Part shown: positions 1 to 9,268 of the stretch, one piece after another
Layout of the letters: each line of letters begins with the position of its first letter
How positions within the stretch are numbered: position 1 is the first letter of the stretch
Assembly (NCBI GenBank): GCA_963700145.1
Contig: OY969474.1
Coordinates: forward strand, 4,384,001 to 4,448,000
Direction: 5' to 3'
Source: an uncultured Acidobacteriota bacterium
GTDB taxonomy: Bacteria; Acidobacteriota; Thermoanaerobaculia; Multivoradales; UBA5704
Length of the DNA stretch: 64,000 nucleotides
The notes under the pieces: model-generated
Told to the model about the DNA's origin: nothing
Database searches by the model: none
Seen by the model: the letters and a program-made list of their open reading frames with translations, nothing else
Translations under genes and position numbers: made by a program

Positions 1-1785
1 GTCCAGGCCGACCCCCACCGCCTGGCGGCGGCGGCGCAGCTCTACCGCGGCGACTTCCTCTCCGGCTTCCACGTCAAGGAGGCGCTGGAGTTCGAGGAGT
101 GGCTCTTCCGCGAGCAGGAGCGGCTGCGCGAGGCGGCGGTGGGCGCGCTGCGCACGCTGGTCGAGAGCTACCGCCGGCGCGGCGAGGTGCGCTTCGCCAG
201 CCACTACGCGCGCCGCCTGCTGGCCATCGACCCGCTCTCCGAGCCCACCCACCGCGAGCTGATGCGCCTCGCCGCCGCGGGCGGCCACCGCAGCCGCGCC
301 TTGGCGCAGTACGACGAGCTGCACGAGCGGCTGCAGGCAGAGCTCGGCGTCGAGCCGATGGAGGAGACGCGGGCCCTCTACGAATCGATCCTCGCCGAGC
401 CGGAGACGGGCGCGGCGCCGGTGGTCGAGGGGGAGGCGGTGGGGCCGCTGGTGCCCCTGGTCGGGCGCGAGGGGCCGCTCGCGGCGCTCGCCGCCGCCTG
501 GCGCGAGGTGCAGGCGGGGGCCGCCCGCTGGACCCTGGTCGAGGGCGAGACCGGCGTCGGCAAGAGCCGCCTGATCAAGACCGCCCTCGACGCCGCGCTG
601 GCCCAGGGGAGCGCGTTCGTTCTCCAGGGGCGCGGCTGCGAGCTGCGGCCGCCGCCGCCGCTGCTGCCGATCGCCGAGGCGCTGCGCTCCGTCCTGGCCG
701 CGGACGGAGCGGAGCGGCTGGTGGAGCAGCCGCCGGCGGCGCTGGCGGAGCTCTGCGTCGCGCTGGCCCGCCAGAGCGGCAGGCCGCTCGTCGTCCTGCT
801 CGACGACCTCCACCTCGCCGACCCCGGCACCTTCGAGCTGCTGGCGCGGCTGGCGGGGGAGGGGGACTGGCCGGTCTGGATCCTCACCGCCTGGCGCCCG
901 GAGCAGGTGCCGGAGGGCGACCCGCGGCGGGCGCTGGTGCGGCGCGGGGCGGCGCGGCTCTGGCTCGACCGTCTGGCGCCGGCCTGCTTCGAGGAGATCG
1001 CCGCCGCGCTGGTGACCGAAGGGGAGGCCGCCGAGCTCGGTGCCTGGCTGGCCGCGGGCGCCGCCGGCCTGCCGCTCCTCGCCACCGAGCTGATCAATCT
1101 GCTGCGCGACGAAGGGGTGCTGGTGAACGGCAGCATGACGGGCTGGCGCCTGGCGCGGCCGCTGGCGGCGGTGGCGCCGGCGCCGGCCGACGTGCGCGAG
1201 GTGGTGCTACGCCGCCTCCGCGCCCTGCCGCAGTCGGCGCGCCGTCTCGCCACCCTGGCCAGCGTCATCGGCCGCGGCTTCGAGCTCGGCCTGCTGCAGG
1301 CGGCGGGCGGCGAGCACCCGACGGTCGTCGAGGTGGGTCTCGAGCTGCTGCTCCAGCGCTGGCTGGTGCGGCGGGCGAGCGGCCGCTGGACCGACGAGGG
1401 GCGGGCGGTGGGGGAGGCGCTGTGGGCCGCCGGCGCGCGGCGCGGCGACTTCGAGTTCGCCCACCGGCTGATCGGCGAGACCATCTTCGACGCGGTCGAC
1501 GCGGAGCGCCGGCGCGTCCTCCACGGCGTGGTCGCCGCGGCGCTCGAGGAGCGTTCCGGCGGCGACCCGCGGCGGGGGTGCGAGACGCTCGCCCACCACT
1601 GGCTCGCCGCCGGCCGCCTCGAGAAGGCGGCGCCCTGCCTGCGGCTGGCAGCCGAGCGGGCGTGCGCCCTGGGCGCGGCGGAGACCGCCGCGGCCTACGA
1701 GGCGCTGGCCGCCGAAGCGGCGTCGGCGATCTCCTCGAGCGCCCGCGCCACCCCCGCCGCGTCCCCCACCTCAACCCGCCGGTAG
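1..1785 (+). CDS. BTAD (SARP-type) + AAA ATPase transcriptional regulator, 5' partial
   Basis: Frame is open from base 1: LYRGDFLSGF..FEEWL..ERLRE..LLAIDPLSEPTHRELMRL (BTAD), Walker A GETGVGKS, Walker B VVLLDDLHLAD, GLPLL, FAHRLI. Confidence 0.85.
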   Translation, partial: VQADPHRLAAAAQLYRGDFLSGFHVKEALEFEEWLFREQERLREAAVGALRTLVESYRRRGEVRFASHYARRLLAIDPLSEPTHRELMRLAAAGGHRSRALAQYDELHERLQAELGVEPMEETRALYESILAEPETGAAPVVEGEAVGPLVPLVGREGPLAALAAAWREVQAGAARWTLVEGETGVGKSRLIKTALDAALAQGSAFVLQGRGCELRPPPPLLPIAEALRSVLAADGAERLVEQPPAALAELCVALARQSGRPLVVLLDDLHLADPGTFELLARLAGEGDWPVWILTAWRPEQVPEGDPRRALVRRGAARLWLDRLAPACFEEIAAALVTEGEAAELGAWLAAGAAGLPLLATELINLLRDEGVLVNGSMTGWRLARPLAAVAPAPADVREVVLRRLRALPQSARRLATLASVIGRGFELGLLQAAGGEHPTVVEVGLELLLQRWLVRRASGRWTDEGRAVGEALWAAGARRGDFEFAHRLIGETIFDAVDAERRRVLHGVVAAALEERSGGDPRRGCETLAHHWLAAGRLEKAAPCLRLAAERACALGAAETAAAYEALAAEAASAISSSARATPAASPTSTRR

Positions 1786-2807
1786 CGCTCCGCCGGCAGC
1801 GCCGCCGCGCACAGCCGGTGGACGTCGGAGCGCGCGCTGCCGACGAAGACGACCGTCTTCCCCGAGGCGATGCAGCCGTGCACCTTCGAGGGCAGCACGT
1901 AGCCCACGAACTCGTCGCGCAGAGTGATGAGGTGGGCGGTCGGCGTGACCAGGAGACGCGGCAGCAGCTCGAGCGGCAGCGGCCGGCCGCGGTGGAGCGG
2001 CAGGCCGAGGTCGAGCAGCGCCGCCTCCACCCGGTCGGCCTTGGCGCCCGTGGCGTTGAGCCAGAGCCCGACGCGGCCGGAGCCTTCGCGGTGGTGCCGG
2101 CGGTAGCCCTCGACGAACGTCTCGTGGTCGTGGGCGACGCCGAAGTTGCCCGAGTAGAGGAGCAGCGTCCGGCCGGCCAGCTCGGCCGGCGGCGGCAGCG
2201 GCGCGGTCCCCGGCGGCACCTCGACCGGCGACGGGTCGCGCTTCAAGACGATCCGCGCCGCCGGGATCCCCTGCTCCAGAAGGCGCTCGCGCTGGTCCTC
2301 CCCCAGCACCTCGAAGCGGTGGACGCGGCGGCGCAGCGCCACCGTCCAGCGGTGGAAAGCGGCGAGCCACCGCGGCACCCGCCCCAGCTCCGCCATCAGG
2401 CACTCGGGGTGGAAGTCGGTGATGCGGTAGGTGAGCCGCCGGCGCAGCAGGAGGTTGAGCGGCACGACGAGGTGGATCAGGAAGGGCGGGCTGCCGGTGA
2501 AAAGCACCTCGTCGGCGCGCCGCAGCTCGCGGCGCACCGCCCAGAGGAGGCGCAAGTTCGTCCGCGCCGTCCACCAGGCGCGGGTGCGGAAGTCGGCGCG
2601 GTCGTAGGGGCGCGCCGCGAGGCGCAGCACACGCAGCCGTCCGGAGCCGGCCGTCTCCTCCACCAGCGACCCACCGCCCGAGGCCAGCCCGGCGAGCAGC
2701 ACGTCTTCGCCGGCCGCCGCCCGCTCGCGCGCGAAGTGCAGGCTGTACTGCCCGACCGCCCCGAAGTCAGGGGGCAGCCAGTCGCAGAGATAGACGAGCT
2801 TGAACAT
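1695..2807 (-). CDS. GT4-type glycosyltransferase (WcaI-like)
   Basis: WLPPDFGAVGQY, TGSPPFL, ITDFHPE, LLYSGNFGVAHD, VLPSKVHG motifs. Confidence 0.8.
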   Translation of the reverse strand: MFKLVYLCDWLPPDFGAVGQYSLHFARERAAAGEDVLLAGLASGGGSLVEETAGSGRLRVLRLAARPYDRADFRTRAWWTARTNLRLLWAVRRELRRADEVLFTGSPPFLIHLVVPLNLLLRRRLTYRITDFHPECLMAELGRVPRWLAAFHRWTVALRRRVHRFEVLGEDQRERLLEQGIPAARIVLKRDPSPVEVPPGTAPLPPPAELAGRTLLLYSGNFGVAHDHETFVEGYRRHHREGSGRVGLWLNATGAKADRVEAALLDLGLPLHRGRPLPLELLPRLLVTPTAHLITLRDEFVGYVLPSKVHGCIASGKTVVFVGSARSDVHRLCAAALPAERYRRVEVGDAAGVARALEEIADAASAASAS

Positions 2808-2856
2808 CGGAGACCGCGGGCCCGCCGCCGTAGCGCCCGGCCTACGTGCCGGGCGT

Positions 2857-3876
2857 TTACCTCTCGGTGAGCATCTCCGCGAGGTACCCCCCGACCTTCT
2901 CCCGCTCCTTGCTGGCGAAGTACCAGTCGATGGTGCGGTGGAGGCCGTCCATGAACTTCATCCGCGGCTCCCAGCCCAGGAGCTCGCGCGCCAGCGTGTT
3001 CTTGGCCACCCGGTTGAGCGGGCCGGTCGGCATGTGCGGCAGGAACTTGATCTCGGCCGAGTGGCCGGTGTAGTGGAGGACCTCGCGCACCGCGTCGATG
3101 ACCCGCGTCCGCTCCTCGGTGCCCAGGTTGACGGCGGTGCCGTCGTCGATCTTCTCGGCGCACAGCACCATGCCGCGCACGATGTCGCCGACGTAGGTCC
3201 AGTTGCGCACCTGCGTGCCGTCCCCCCAGACCTCGAACGGGTCCTGGCGGACGAAGGCGCGAGCGATCATGGCGATCACCGCGTGGTTCTCCACCCCGCG
3301 CTCGCCGTAGACGGTGAAGAAGCGGCAGGAGGCGGCCTTCAGGCCGAAGTCGCGCGCGTAGGCGGCGAGGGTCATCTCGGTCATCAGCTTCGCCCAGCCG
3401 TACATGTTGTCGGCGTCGTAGGGCGGACCGACCATCTCCTCGGAGAGGTACAGCTCCTCGGTGACGTCCCCCTGCAGGTGGTTCGGGTAGACGCAGCCGG
3501 AGGAGGCGAAGACGAACTTCTCGACCCCGGCCTCGTGCGCCGCCTTGACCAGCATGCCGTCCATCGCCAGGTTCTGCGCGCAGGCCGCCTGGTGGAGATC
3601 GACGAAGCCGCGGCCGCCGTGGATGGCGGCGAGATGGAAGACGACGTCCACGCCCGCGACGGCGTCCTGCGCCACGCCCGGCGCCAAGAGGTCGTCGCGC
3701 CGGAAGTCCACCCGCCCGGCGTCGATGTGCCCCTGGACGTTGGCGAGCTTGCCGCTCGAGAGGTCGTCCACCACGCGGACGTCCCGCGCCCCCTTCTCGA
3801 CCAGCAGATCGATCAGGTGGGAGCTGATGAACGAGGCCCCGCCGGTGACGAGGATCTTCTTGGACGCCCAATCCAT
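2857..3876 (-). CDS. NAD-dependent nucleotide-sugar epimerase/dehydratase (GDP-mannose 3,5-epimerase-like SDR)
   Basis: ILVTGGASFI, VFHLAA, FASSGCVYP, catalytic YGWAK, VWGDGTQVRNWTYVGD; GGAGG upstream. Confidence 0.9.
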   Translation of the reverse strand: MDWASKKILVTGGASFISSHLIDLLVEKGARDVRVVDDLSSGKLANVQGHIDAGRVDFRRDDLLAPGVAQDAVAGVDVVFHLAAIHGGRGFVDLHQAACAQNLAMDGMLVKAAHEAGVEKFVFASSGCVYPNHLQGDVTEELYLSEEMVGPPYDADNMYGWAKLMTEMTLAAYARDFGLKAASCRFFTVYGERGVENHAVIAMIARAFVRQDPFEVWGDGTQVRNWTYVGDIVRGMVLCAEKIDDGTAVNLGTEERTRVIDAVREVLHYTGHSAEIKFLPHMPTGPLNRVAKNTLARELLGWEPRMKFMDGLHRTIDWYFASKEREKVGGYLAEMLTER

Positions 3877-3940
3877 TCGCTCAAGGCCTCCGTGCCAGGC
3901 TTCCGTCTGCCGAAGCGGCCGCTGCGAGCGCCGGATGGAA

Positions 3941-4173
3941 TGGGTCGAGCCGCTGATCCACTCGGTTCGGCCGCTGATCCATTCGGTTCCGGCGCAGAAC
4001 CATTGGGTTCGGCCGCTGATCCACTCGGTTCCGCCGCAGAACCATTGGGTTCGGCCGCTGATCCATTGGGTTCGGCCGCTGATCCACTCGGTTTAGCCGC
4101 TGATCCATTGGGTTCGGCCGCTGAACCACTGGGTTCCGGCGCTGAACCACTGGGTTCGGCCGCCGATCCCCTC
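3941..4173. repeat. Degenerate 21-bp tandem repeat, about 11 copies, consensus cggccgctgatcca(c/t)t(c/g)ggtt
   Basis: Contiguous 21-nt units visible between the methyltransferase and epimerase genes; no unique spacers. Confidence 0.9.
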
Positions 4174-4191
4174 GATTTCCGCCCCTGGAGC

Positions 4192-4947
4192 CTATCCTGG
4201 CCATCGTAACAGGCCGATGCCGTAGCCCGAGGGCCCGGTCTCGTCCACCAGCTCCTCGCCCGCGAATCGCGCGGCCAGGTCGGGCCAGACGCGGTGCACC
4301 TGCCCCGAGAAGTTCCGCTCGTCGGCGCGGATGTCGTGGAGCGCGATCAGGCCGCCCGGACGCAGGAACGGCGCGTAATCCGCGAAGTCCCGCCGGACGC
4401 CCGCCTCCGAATGGTCGCCGTCGATGAACAGAAAGTCCAGCGGCTCGCCGCGCAGCGCCGCGGCAAGCCGCCGCGGCGCCGCCCGCCCGTGCGAGTCCCC
4501 CCGCACCAGGACGACGCGCTGGCCGGGTCGGGCGAATGACCGGTAGAGCCGCGCGCGGAACGGATTGTACCCCCCGCCGAAGTGCCCTTCGGGCAGGTCG
4601 ATGCTCACCAGCAGGGCATCGGGCGCGGCGACCCGCGACAGCAGCAGGAGGGTGCCGCCGCCGGCGGTGCCGATCTCGAGCAGGCGGCGCGGCCGCAGCG
4701 GGGCCAGCCGCTCGAGCAGCGCCAGGATCTCCGCCTTCTTCTGCCAGGCGAAGACCGGCTGGTCCTCCCCCCACGTGCGGTCGACGACCATCTCGACGAG
4801 CTCCGCCAGCGGCAGGTCCGGAGGCAGGCCCTGGAGCCGGCGGCTGAAACGCCGGAAGCTGGAGAGCCGCGCGTGGCCGAACCGGACCAGCTCGCCGGGG
4901 CCCCCTTGGCGGAGGATGCGAAAGGCGTCGCGGACGCGGAAGGCCAT
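4192..4947 (-). CDS. Class I SAM-dependent methyltransferase (Methyltransf_24-like)
   Basis: LLEIGTAGGGT, GDSH, DFLFIDGDHS, LRPGGLIALHD. Confidence 0.85.
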   Translation of the reverse strand: MAFRVRDAFRILRQGGPGELVRFGHARLSSFRRFSRRLQGLPPDLPLAELVEMVVDRTWGEDQPVFAWQKKAEILALLERLAPLRPRRLLEIGTAGGGTLLLLSRVAAPDALLVSIDLPEGHFGGGYNPFRARLYRSFARPGQRVVLVRGDSHGRAAPRRLAAALRGEPLDFLFIDGDHSEAGVRRDFADYAPFLRPGGLIALHDIRADERNFSGQVHRVWPDLAARFAGEELVDETGPSGYGIGLLRWPG

Positions 4948-4956
4948 GCCGGCTCT

Positions 4957-5844
4957 CTACCGGAACTCCCGGCGCACGAGCCGCAGCAGCTCCCGCCGGC
5001 CGCTCGCCTTGGCGCGCGCCGTCTCCCGCCCGGGGCCCAGCGTGCGCAGGAGAGCCAGGGCCAGCCATTCGACCGCGATGCGCGCGAGCGTGGCGGCGCG
5101 CAGCAGGCGCGGGAAGCGGACCCTGCCGTGCTTGCGGAGTAGCCGGAAGCGGCTGCGATGGAACTCGCGGACCCGCCATTCCGTGGCGATCGGGGTGCCG
5201 CCCCCTTCATGGTAGGCGACGAGCGACGGGTCGCGGCGGACGAGCCAGCCGGCCTGCCGCACGCGCAGCGACAGATCGACGTCCACGTCCAGGAACCCCA
5301 GCTCCTCGTCAGCGCCGCCGACGGCCAGGAAGGCCGCGCGCCGCACCGCGAGCGCCCCGGTGTGGAGACAGAGGTCTTGCGGCTCCCGGGCGGGCAGCAG
5401 CCGGCGCAGCCAGCTGTCCACCCGCTGCCCGGCGACCAGCGCGAAGACGCCCGGCTGTGGGCTCCAGGAGGAGGTCTCGCGCCCCTCAGCGTCCACCGTG
5501 CGGAAGCCGAGGAGGCCAAGGCGCGGCTCGCGGGCGAAGGCGGCGAGGATCGCCTCCGAGACGTCGGCCAGGGGATAGGCATCGGCGTCGAACACCACGG
5601 CGACGTCGGTGCCGACCTCGTCGATTCCCCGGTTCAGGGAGGCGGCGAAGCCCCGGCGGTCGGGGTTGACCGCCACCGCGATGCGGGGGTCGGCCGGCGG
5701 CGGCCCCGGCGGCGTCGCGGAATGGTCGTCGATGACCAGGATGCGCTCCAGCGCCCCGCCCCACGCCGTCAGGGCCGCGAGGCAGCGCACGGCGAGCGGC
5801 CAGGACTCGAAGTGGGTGACCACGGCGCCGAGGGTGAGCGTCAC
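4957..5844 (-). CDS. GT2 glycosyltransferase
   Basis: ILVIDDHS, GFAASLNRG, FDADA, VGGADEE, DVDLSLR. Confidence 0.85.
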   Translation of the reverse strand: MTLTLGAVVTHFESWPLAVRCLAALTAWGGALERILVIDDHSATPPGPPPADPRIAVAVNPDRRGFAASLNRGIDEVGTDVAVVFDADAYPLADVSEAILAAFAREPRLGLLGFRTVDAEGRETSSWSPQPGVFALVAGQRVDSWLRRLLPAREPQDLCLHTGALAVRRAAFLAVGGADEELGFLDVDVDLSLRVRQAGWLVRRDPSLVAYHEGGGTPIATEWRVREFHRSRFRLLRKHGRVRFPRLLRAATLARIAVEWLALALLRTLGPGRETARAKASGRRELLRLVRREFR

Positions 5845-6740
5845 GACGAGCGTCCTCCGGCGCGCGGATGGAGCACGCGCCAGCCGCGCGCCGCGCAGCG
5901 CCGGACCGCGTCCGCGGGATCGCGGGTGGCGAGGTAGCTCGGGGCGTCGTAGGGCGGCAGCTGCGGTGGCCGGCCGGACGGTTCCAGCCGCAGCCCGAAG
6001 AAATCGCGCCCGAGCCCGAAGACGGTATAGCCGAAGGCTTGGAGGTCGTCCTCGATCGACCGAGCTTCGTCGCCATAGGCCTCGTAGATGATCGTCCGGA
6101 TGCGGCCGCCGGCGAGGGCGTCGCGGGCCCCGGCGAGCACCCTGCGCTCGTGGCCTTCGACGTCGATCTTCATCAGCCCCGGCGCCGCCCCTGCCAGCAC
6201 TTGATCGGCCGTCGTCGCCTGGACCCGCAGCGCGGCGCCGTCCCGGCTGGTCAGGCGCGCCACGCCGCGGTTCCTACCGAACTCCTCGCCCGCCTCGAGG
6301 TAGGCCTCACCGGCGGCGTCGCTGAGCGCGAGCGGCAGAACCTCGATGGGCGCGAGCCGCCCGCGCGGCGCGTAGAGCGCGGCGTTGTGGAGCAGCTCCT
6401 CGTAGAGGCCGGGATGGGGCTCGAACGCGAGCACCTTGCCGGCGGGCCCGCTGCGCAGCGCCATGATGCCGGTCATGTAGCCGATGTTGGCGCCCACGTC
6501 GAGCACGAGATCGCCGGGATCGACGAGCCGCCAGAGGGCCTCGCTGACGGCGAGGTCGTAGATCCCAAGTCGCAAGATGGCTTTTCCGATGTCCTCCTCG
6601 GTATTGATCTGGATCGGCAGCCCCCAAGGAAGCCTGATCTCGCGCACCTTCCGGCGGCGGCGCCGTGCCGTTTCCAGGAGTCGCCTCATCGCCTGCTGTG
6701 GCCGCAGGAAGTAGTGTGGCTTAATCAGCTCTTTGCTCAC
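5841..6740 (-). CDS. FkbM-family methyltransferase
   Basis: VLDVGANIGY, AFEPHP, MKIDVEGHE; GTG start overlaps the upstream TGA (GTGA). Confidence 0.85.
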   Translation of the reverse strand: MSKELIKPHYFLRPQQAMRRLLETARRRRRKVREIRLPWGLPIQINTEEDIGKAILRLGIYDLAVSEALWRLVDPGDLVLDVGANIGYMTGIMALRSGPAGKVLAFEPHPGLYEELLHNAALYAPRGRLAPIEVLPLALSDAAGEAYLEAGEEFGRNRGVARLTSRDGAALRVQATTADQVLAGAAPGLMKIDVEGHERRVLAGARDALAGGRIRTIIYEAYGDEARSIEDDLQAFGYTVFGLGRDFFGLRLEPSGRPPQLPPYDAPSYLATRDPADAVRRCAARGWRVLHPRAGGRSS

Positions 6741-7534
6741 CCGATCCCCACACTCGTCGAGGTTGCGGCATCGGGTATTCCAAGCGTGTTCCAGGGAGCA
6801 ATGGCAAGCGGCCTGCGCGCCTCGGGTGCGGCGGCGGCATCGAGGATCGCGTAGCAATGACGACGTAGAACTTCCGAGACTCCGGCGGCGTTCTCGGCGG
6901 TGACTTCGCAAAGGACCACCGGCCGGACTTCACTGAGCAGCCGGCTCGCGCCGCGCAGGCAATTGAGTTCGGCTCCTTCGGCGTCTATCTTGACCAAGTT
7001 CGGTGGTCGGGAGGTCTCGAGCAGAGTGTCGAGCATCACCGTGGCGACTTGCCGCGTCTCCCGAGCCCCGCCCGTCTGCGAGGACCCGGCGACACCCGCG
7101 AGGTGGTTCGAGGCTCGGCCGCGCCGCGCGATAAAGAACTCGGAGGTGCCTGCACGATCGGATACCGCGGCGGCGAGCACGACGACCGGTGCAGAGGCTG
7201 GAAGCGCCTCGGCAGCGGAGCGACGCAGAAGGCCCGCGAGCCACTCGTCTGGCTCGATCGCCAAGACCTCGCCCTCGCTGCCGGCGCGAAACGCCGCAGC
7301 GAAGGCGAAAAGCCCGACATTGGCGCCGACATCCCAAACCGTCGCGCGGGGGGACACCAACTCGGCTGCCAGGCGTAACAGGAGGGGGTCGGTCCTGGCA
7401 AGGCCCGGCAGCCAGAGTGAGAGCGCGGCGTCGGGAGTGACGAAGATCCTCCGGCCACCGAGCTCCGCCGGCAGGCGGCGCCGCAAGACCCGGCCACGGC
7501 TCGCCCGCTCCAGCAATGAGCGCATGAGCCGCAT
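6737..7534 (-). CDS. FkbM-family methyltransferase
   Basis: VWDVGANVGLF, AIEPD, VKIDAEGAE. Confidence 0.85.
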   Translation of the reverse strand: MRLMRSLLERASRGRVLRRRLPAELGGRRIFVTPDAALSLWLPGLARTDPLLLRLAAELVSPRATVWDVGANVGLFAFAAAFRAGSEGEVLAIEPDEWLAGLLRRSAAEALPASAPVVVLAAAVSDRAGTSEFFIARRGRASNHLAGVAGSSQTGGARETRQVATVMLDTLLETSRPPNLVKIDAEGAELNCLRGASRLLSEVRPVVLCEVTAENAAGVSEVLRRHCYAILDAAAAPEARRPLAIAPWNTLGIPDAATSTSVGIG

Positions 7535-7609
7535 CAGCTCCTCGCTTGCGGCGTCGGGTTGAGGACGATCACACTATGCTCGGCGCCCATCGAAATGGTG
7601 GACGCATGC

Positions 7610-9268
7610 TTACCGTGGACGCTGTGATGAATCGAGTTGGACCCAGCACACCGAGTCTGCCGCCAACTTGTGCCGCTCCTGCCAACGCCGAAGGTCCCTG
7701 CGAAGCTCTTGGGCTTCCTGCGGGTTAGAGAAAACATTTCTTCCCAGCAGGCCGTATTCAGCCGGCTCCCATCTCGTATAAGCGCCTCCATTGACCGTTG
7801 GAACGGCTGTGCGCAGTTGGGCGATCATGGCCTCTGCACCATAGACCCAATGCGGCGTTGCGTTCGATCCTTGAGCGATGACGGTATAGGAAGCTTGGCA
7901 GTCCGCTCGCACATCGCGGCTCAGCCACTCGACGACGGTCCGCGTCTTCCGCAAAGAGAAGGTATATTCGCTGTAACCCTGCTCTACAACTGCAAGCAGC
8001 GCGATACCTAACATGCCCGCTCCCCAACGAGTACGCGTCGACCATTCGGCCAGTCCGATCGCAAGCGGAAGTACCAGAAACACGCCGAAGCGCGAGACGA
8101 AACGAATACCACCTGCTCCAGGGATCGCGGAAGCGACGAGCTGCCAGGCTGAAAAGCCCCCAGGCAGTTCGGTGATCAGCAAGGGCAGGGAGATGCCCGC
8201 CAGCAGAGCGATGTGCGCTCTCGGCTGATCACGGCCCTTCCAGAGCCCGAAGGCGGCCAGCAAGGCCGTACAGAGACCGACCCCAAGTCGCTGTCCCATC
8301 TCGTGAGGAAGTCCAGCGAACAACCCACTGCGGCCGGCCCAGAAGTAGACCAATGAACGCCGACCTGTGTACACCCAGCTGCGCCACTCAGCGAGTGTCG
8401 GCTCCGACGCGTCGGATGACCAGCCGAGCTCACCAACGACTGCTAGGTAGTGACTGACCAGGGGATAGAGCGCTAAGGCTGCCAAGACTGTGCTGGCGAT
8501 CAACGCAGAGGCACTGCGGCGCAGCATCTGAGTCACTACCGCCCGATGAGGACCGAGAAGCGCAATGCATGCGACGACGAGAATACCGACGGCCCCGAAC
8601 CAGCCCAAATACAGGCAGGCGTACATCTGCGCGACGAGAGCGAGAGCGGTGAAGTAGACCCAGCCGGCGGCTTGGCCGCGAGCCCGCAGCAAACGGCAGA
8701 TGCCATACCACGCCAGGTAGGAGTAGAACAGCGTCAAAAGCTGCGGATTGTTGACCTGCGCAGCCAGCACGCCGGCATAGGCACAGAAGAAGCTGCCGAA
8801 GGCCGCGGGAAGCGCAGCGTAACCGAGTCCGCCGCGAAGTAATAGGTATGCGGCTGCATAGTTGAGGATCGGCAGCACGAACAACCAGGCTGAGTAGGCG
8901 TTATCGAGCGAAAGACCTGCACCACGGAAAAGCGAATAGATCGGCGCCACCCCCAAGAGAGTCTCCGAATACGCTAGGACATTGGGCGCGGGATAGTAGA
9001 CGGGGGGACTCCAGAGACGCGCATGATCGGCTCGACCGATCATCCAGAGGTAATCATGCTCGAGGATGAAGTTGACGAGCAGGTGCGTCATGTAATCGCC
9101 CGGAACCCGGTCAAACCCACTGAACAGGCTGTGGTGGTAGAAGAGAAGCTGGCCGATGCCAACCAGCAGCAGGATCGCCGTCCAATGTGGTCGCTGGCGC
9201 AAGAGGTTCACAACGACCGGACGAACCTCGGCGTCCGCCGAGCTTCCTTGCCAGCGTAAGCTCCTCAT
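7610..9268 (-). CDS. Polytopic membrane protein, YfhO/GT-C-like putative glycosyltransferase
   Basis: Many TM segments; GD..LVNFILEH..LWSPPVYYPAPNVLAYSETLLG; C-terminal PTVNGGAYT; ATG overlaps the carbamoyltransferase stop. Confidence 0.6.
   Translation of the reverse strand: MRSLRWQGSSADAEVRPVVVNLLRQRPHWTAILLLVGIGQLLFYHHSLFSGFDRVPGDYMTHLLVNFILEHDYLWMIGRADHARLWSPPVYYPAPNVLAYSETLLGVAPIYSLFRGAGLSLDNAYSAWLFVLPILNYAAAYLLLRGGLGYAALPAAFGSFFCAYAGVLAAQVNNPQLLTLFYSYLAWYGICRLLRARGQAAGWVYFTALALVAQMYACLYLGWFGAVGILVVACIALLGPHRAVVTQMLRRSASALIASTVLAALALYPLVSHYLAVVGELGWSSDASEPTLAEWRSWVYTGRRSLVYFWAGRSGLFAGLPHEMGQRLGVGLCTALLAAFGLWKGRDQPRAHIALLAGISLPLLITELPGGFSAWQLVASAIPGAGGIRFVSRFGVFLVLPLAIGLAEWSTRTRWGAGMLGIALLAVVEQGYSEYTFSLRKTRTVVEWLSRDVRADCQASYTVIAQGSNATPHWVYGAEAMIAQLRTAVPTVNGGAYTRWEPAEYGLLGRNVFSNPQEAQELRRDLRRWQERHKLAADSVCWVQLDSSQRPR

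Noticed and set aside
99-2870. 923-aa ORF and similar Arg/Ala/Gly/Pro-rich ORFs
   Set aside because: Off-frame shadow ORFs of high-GC DNA that overlap motif-bearing genes
3941-4173. Possible CRISPR array
   Set aside because: Units are contiguous with no unique spacers, and no cas genes are present
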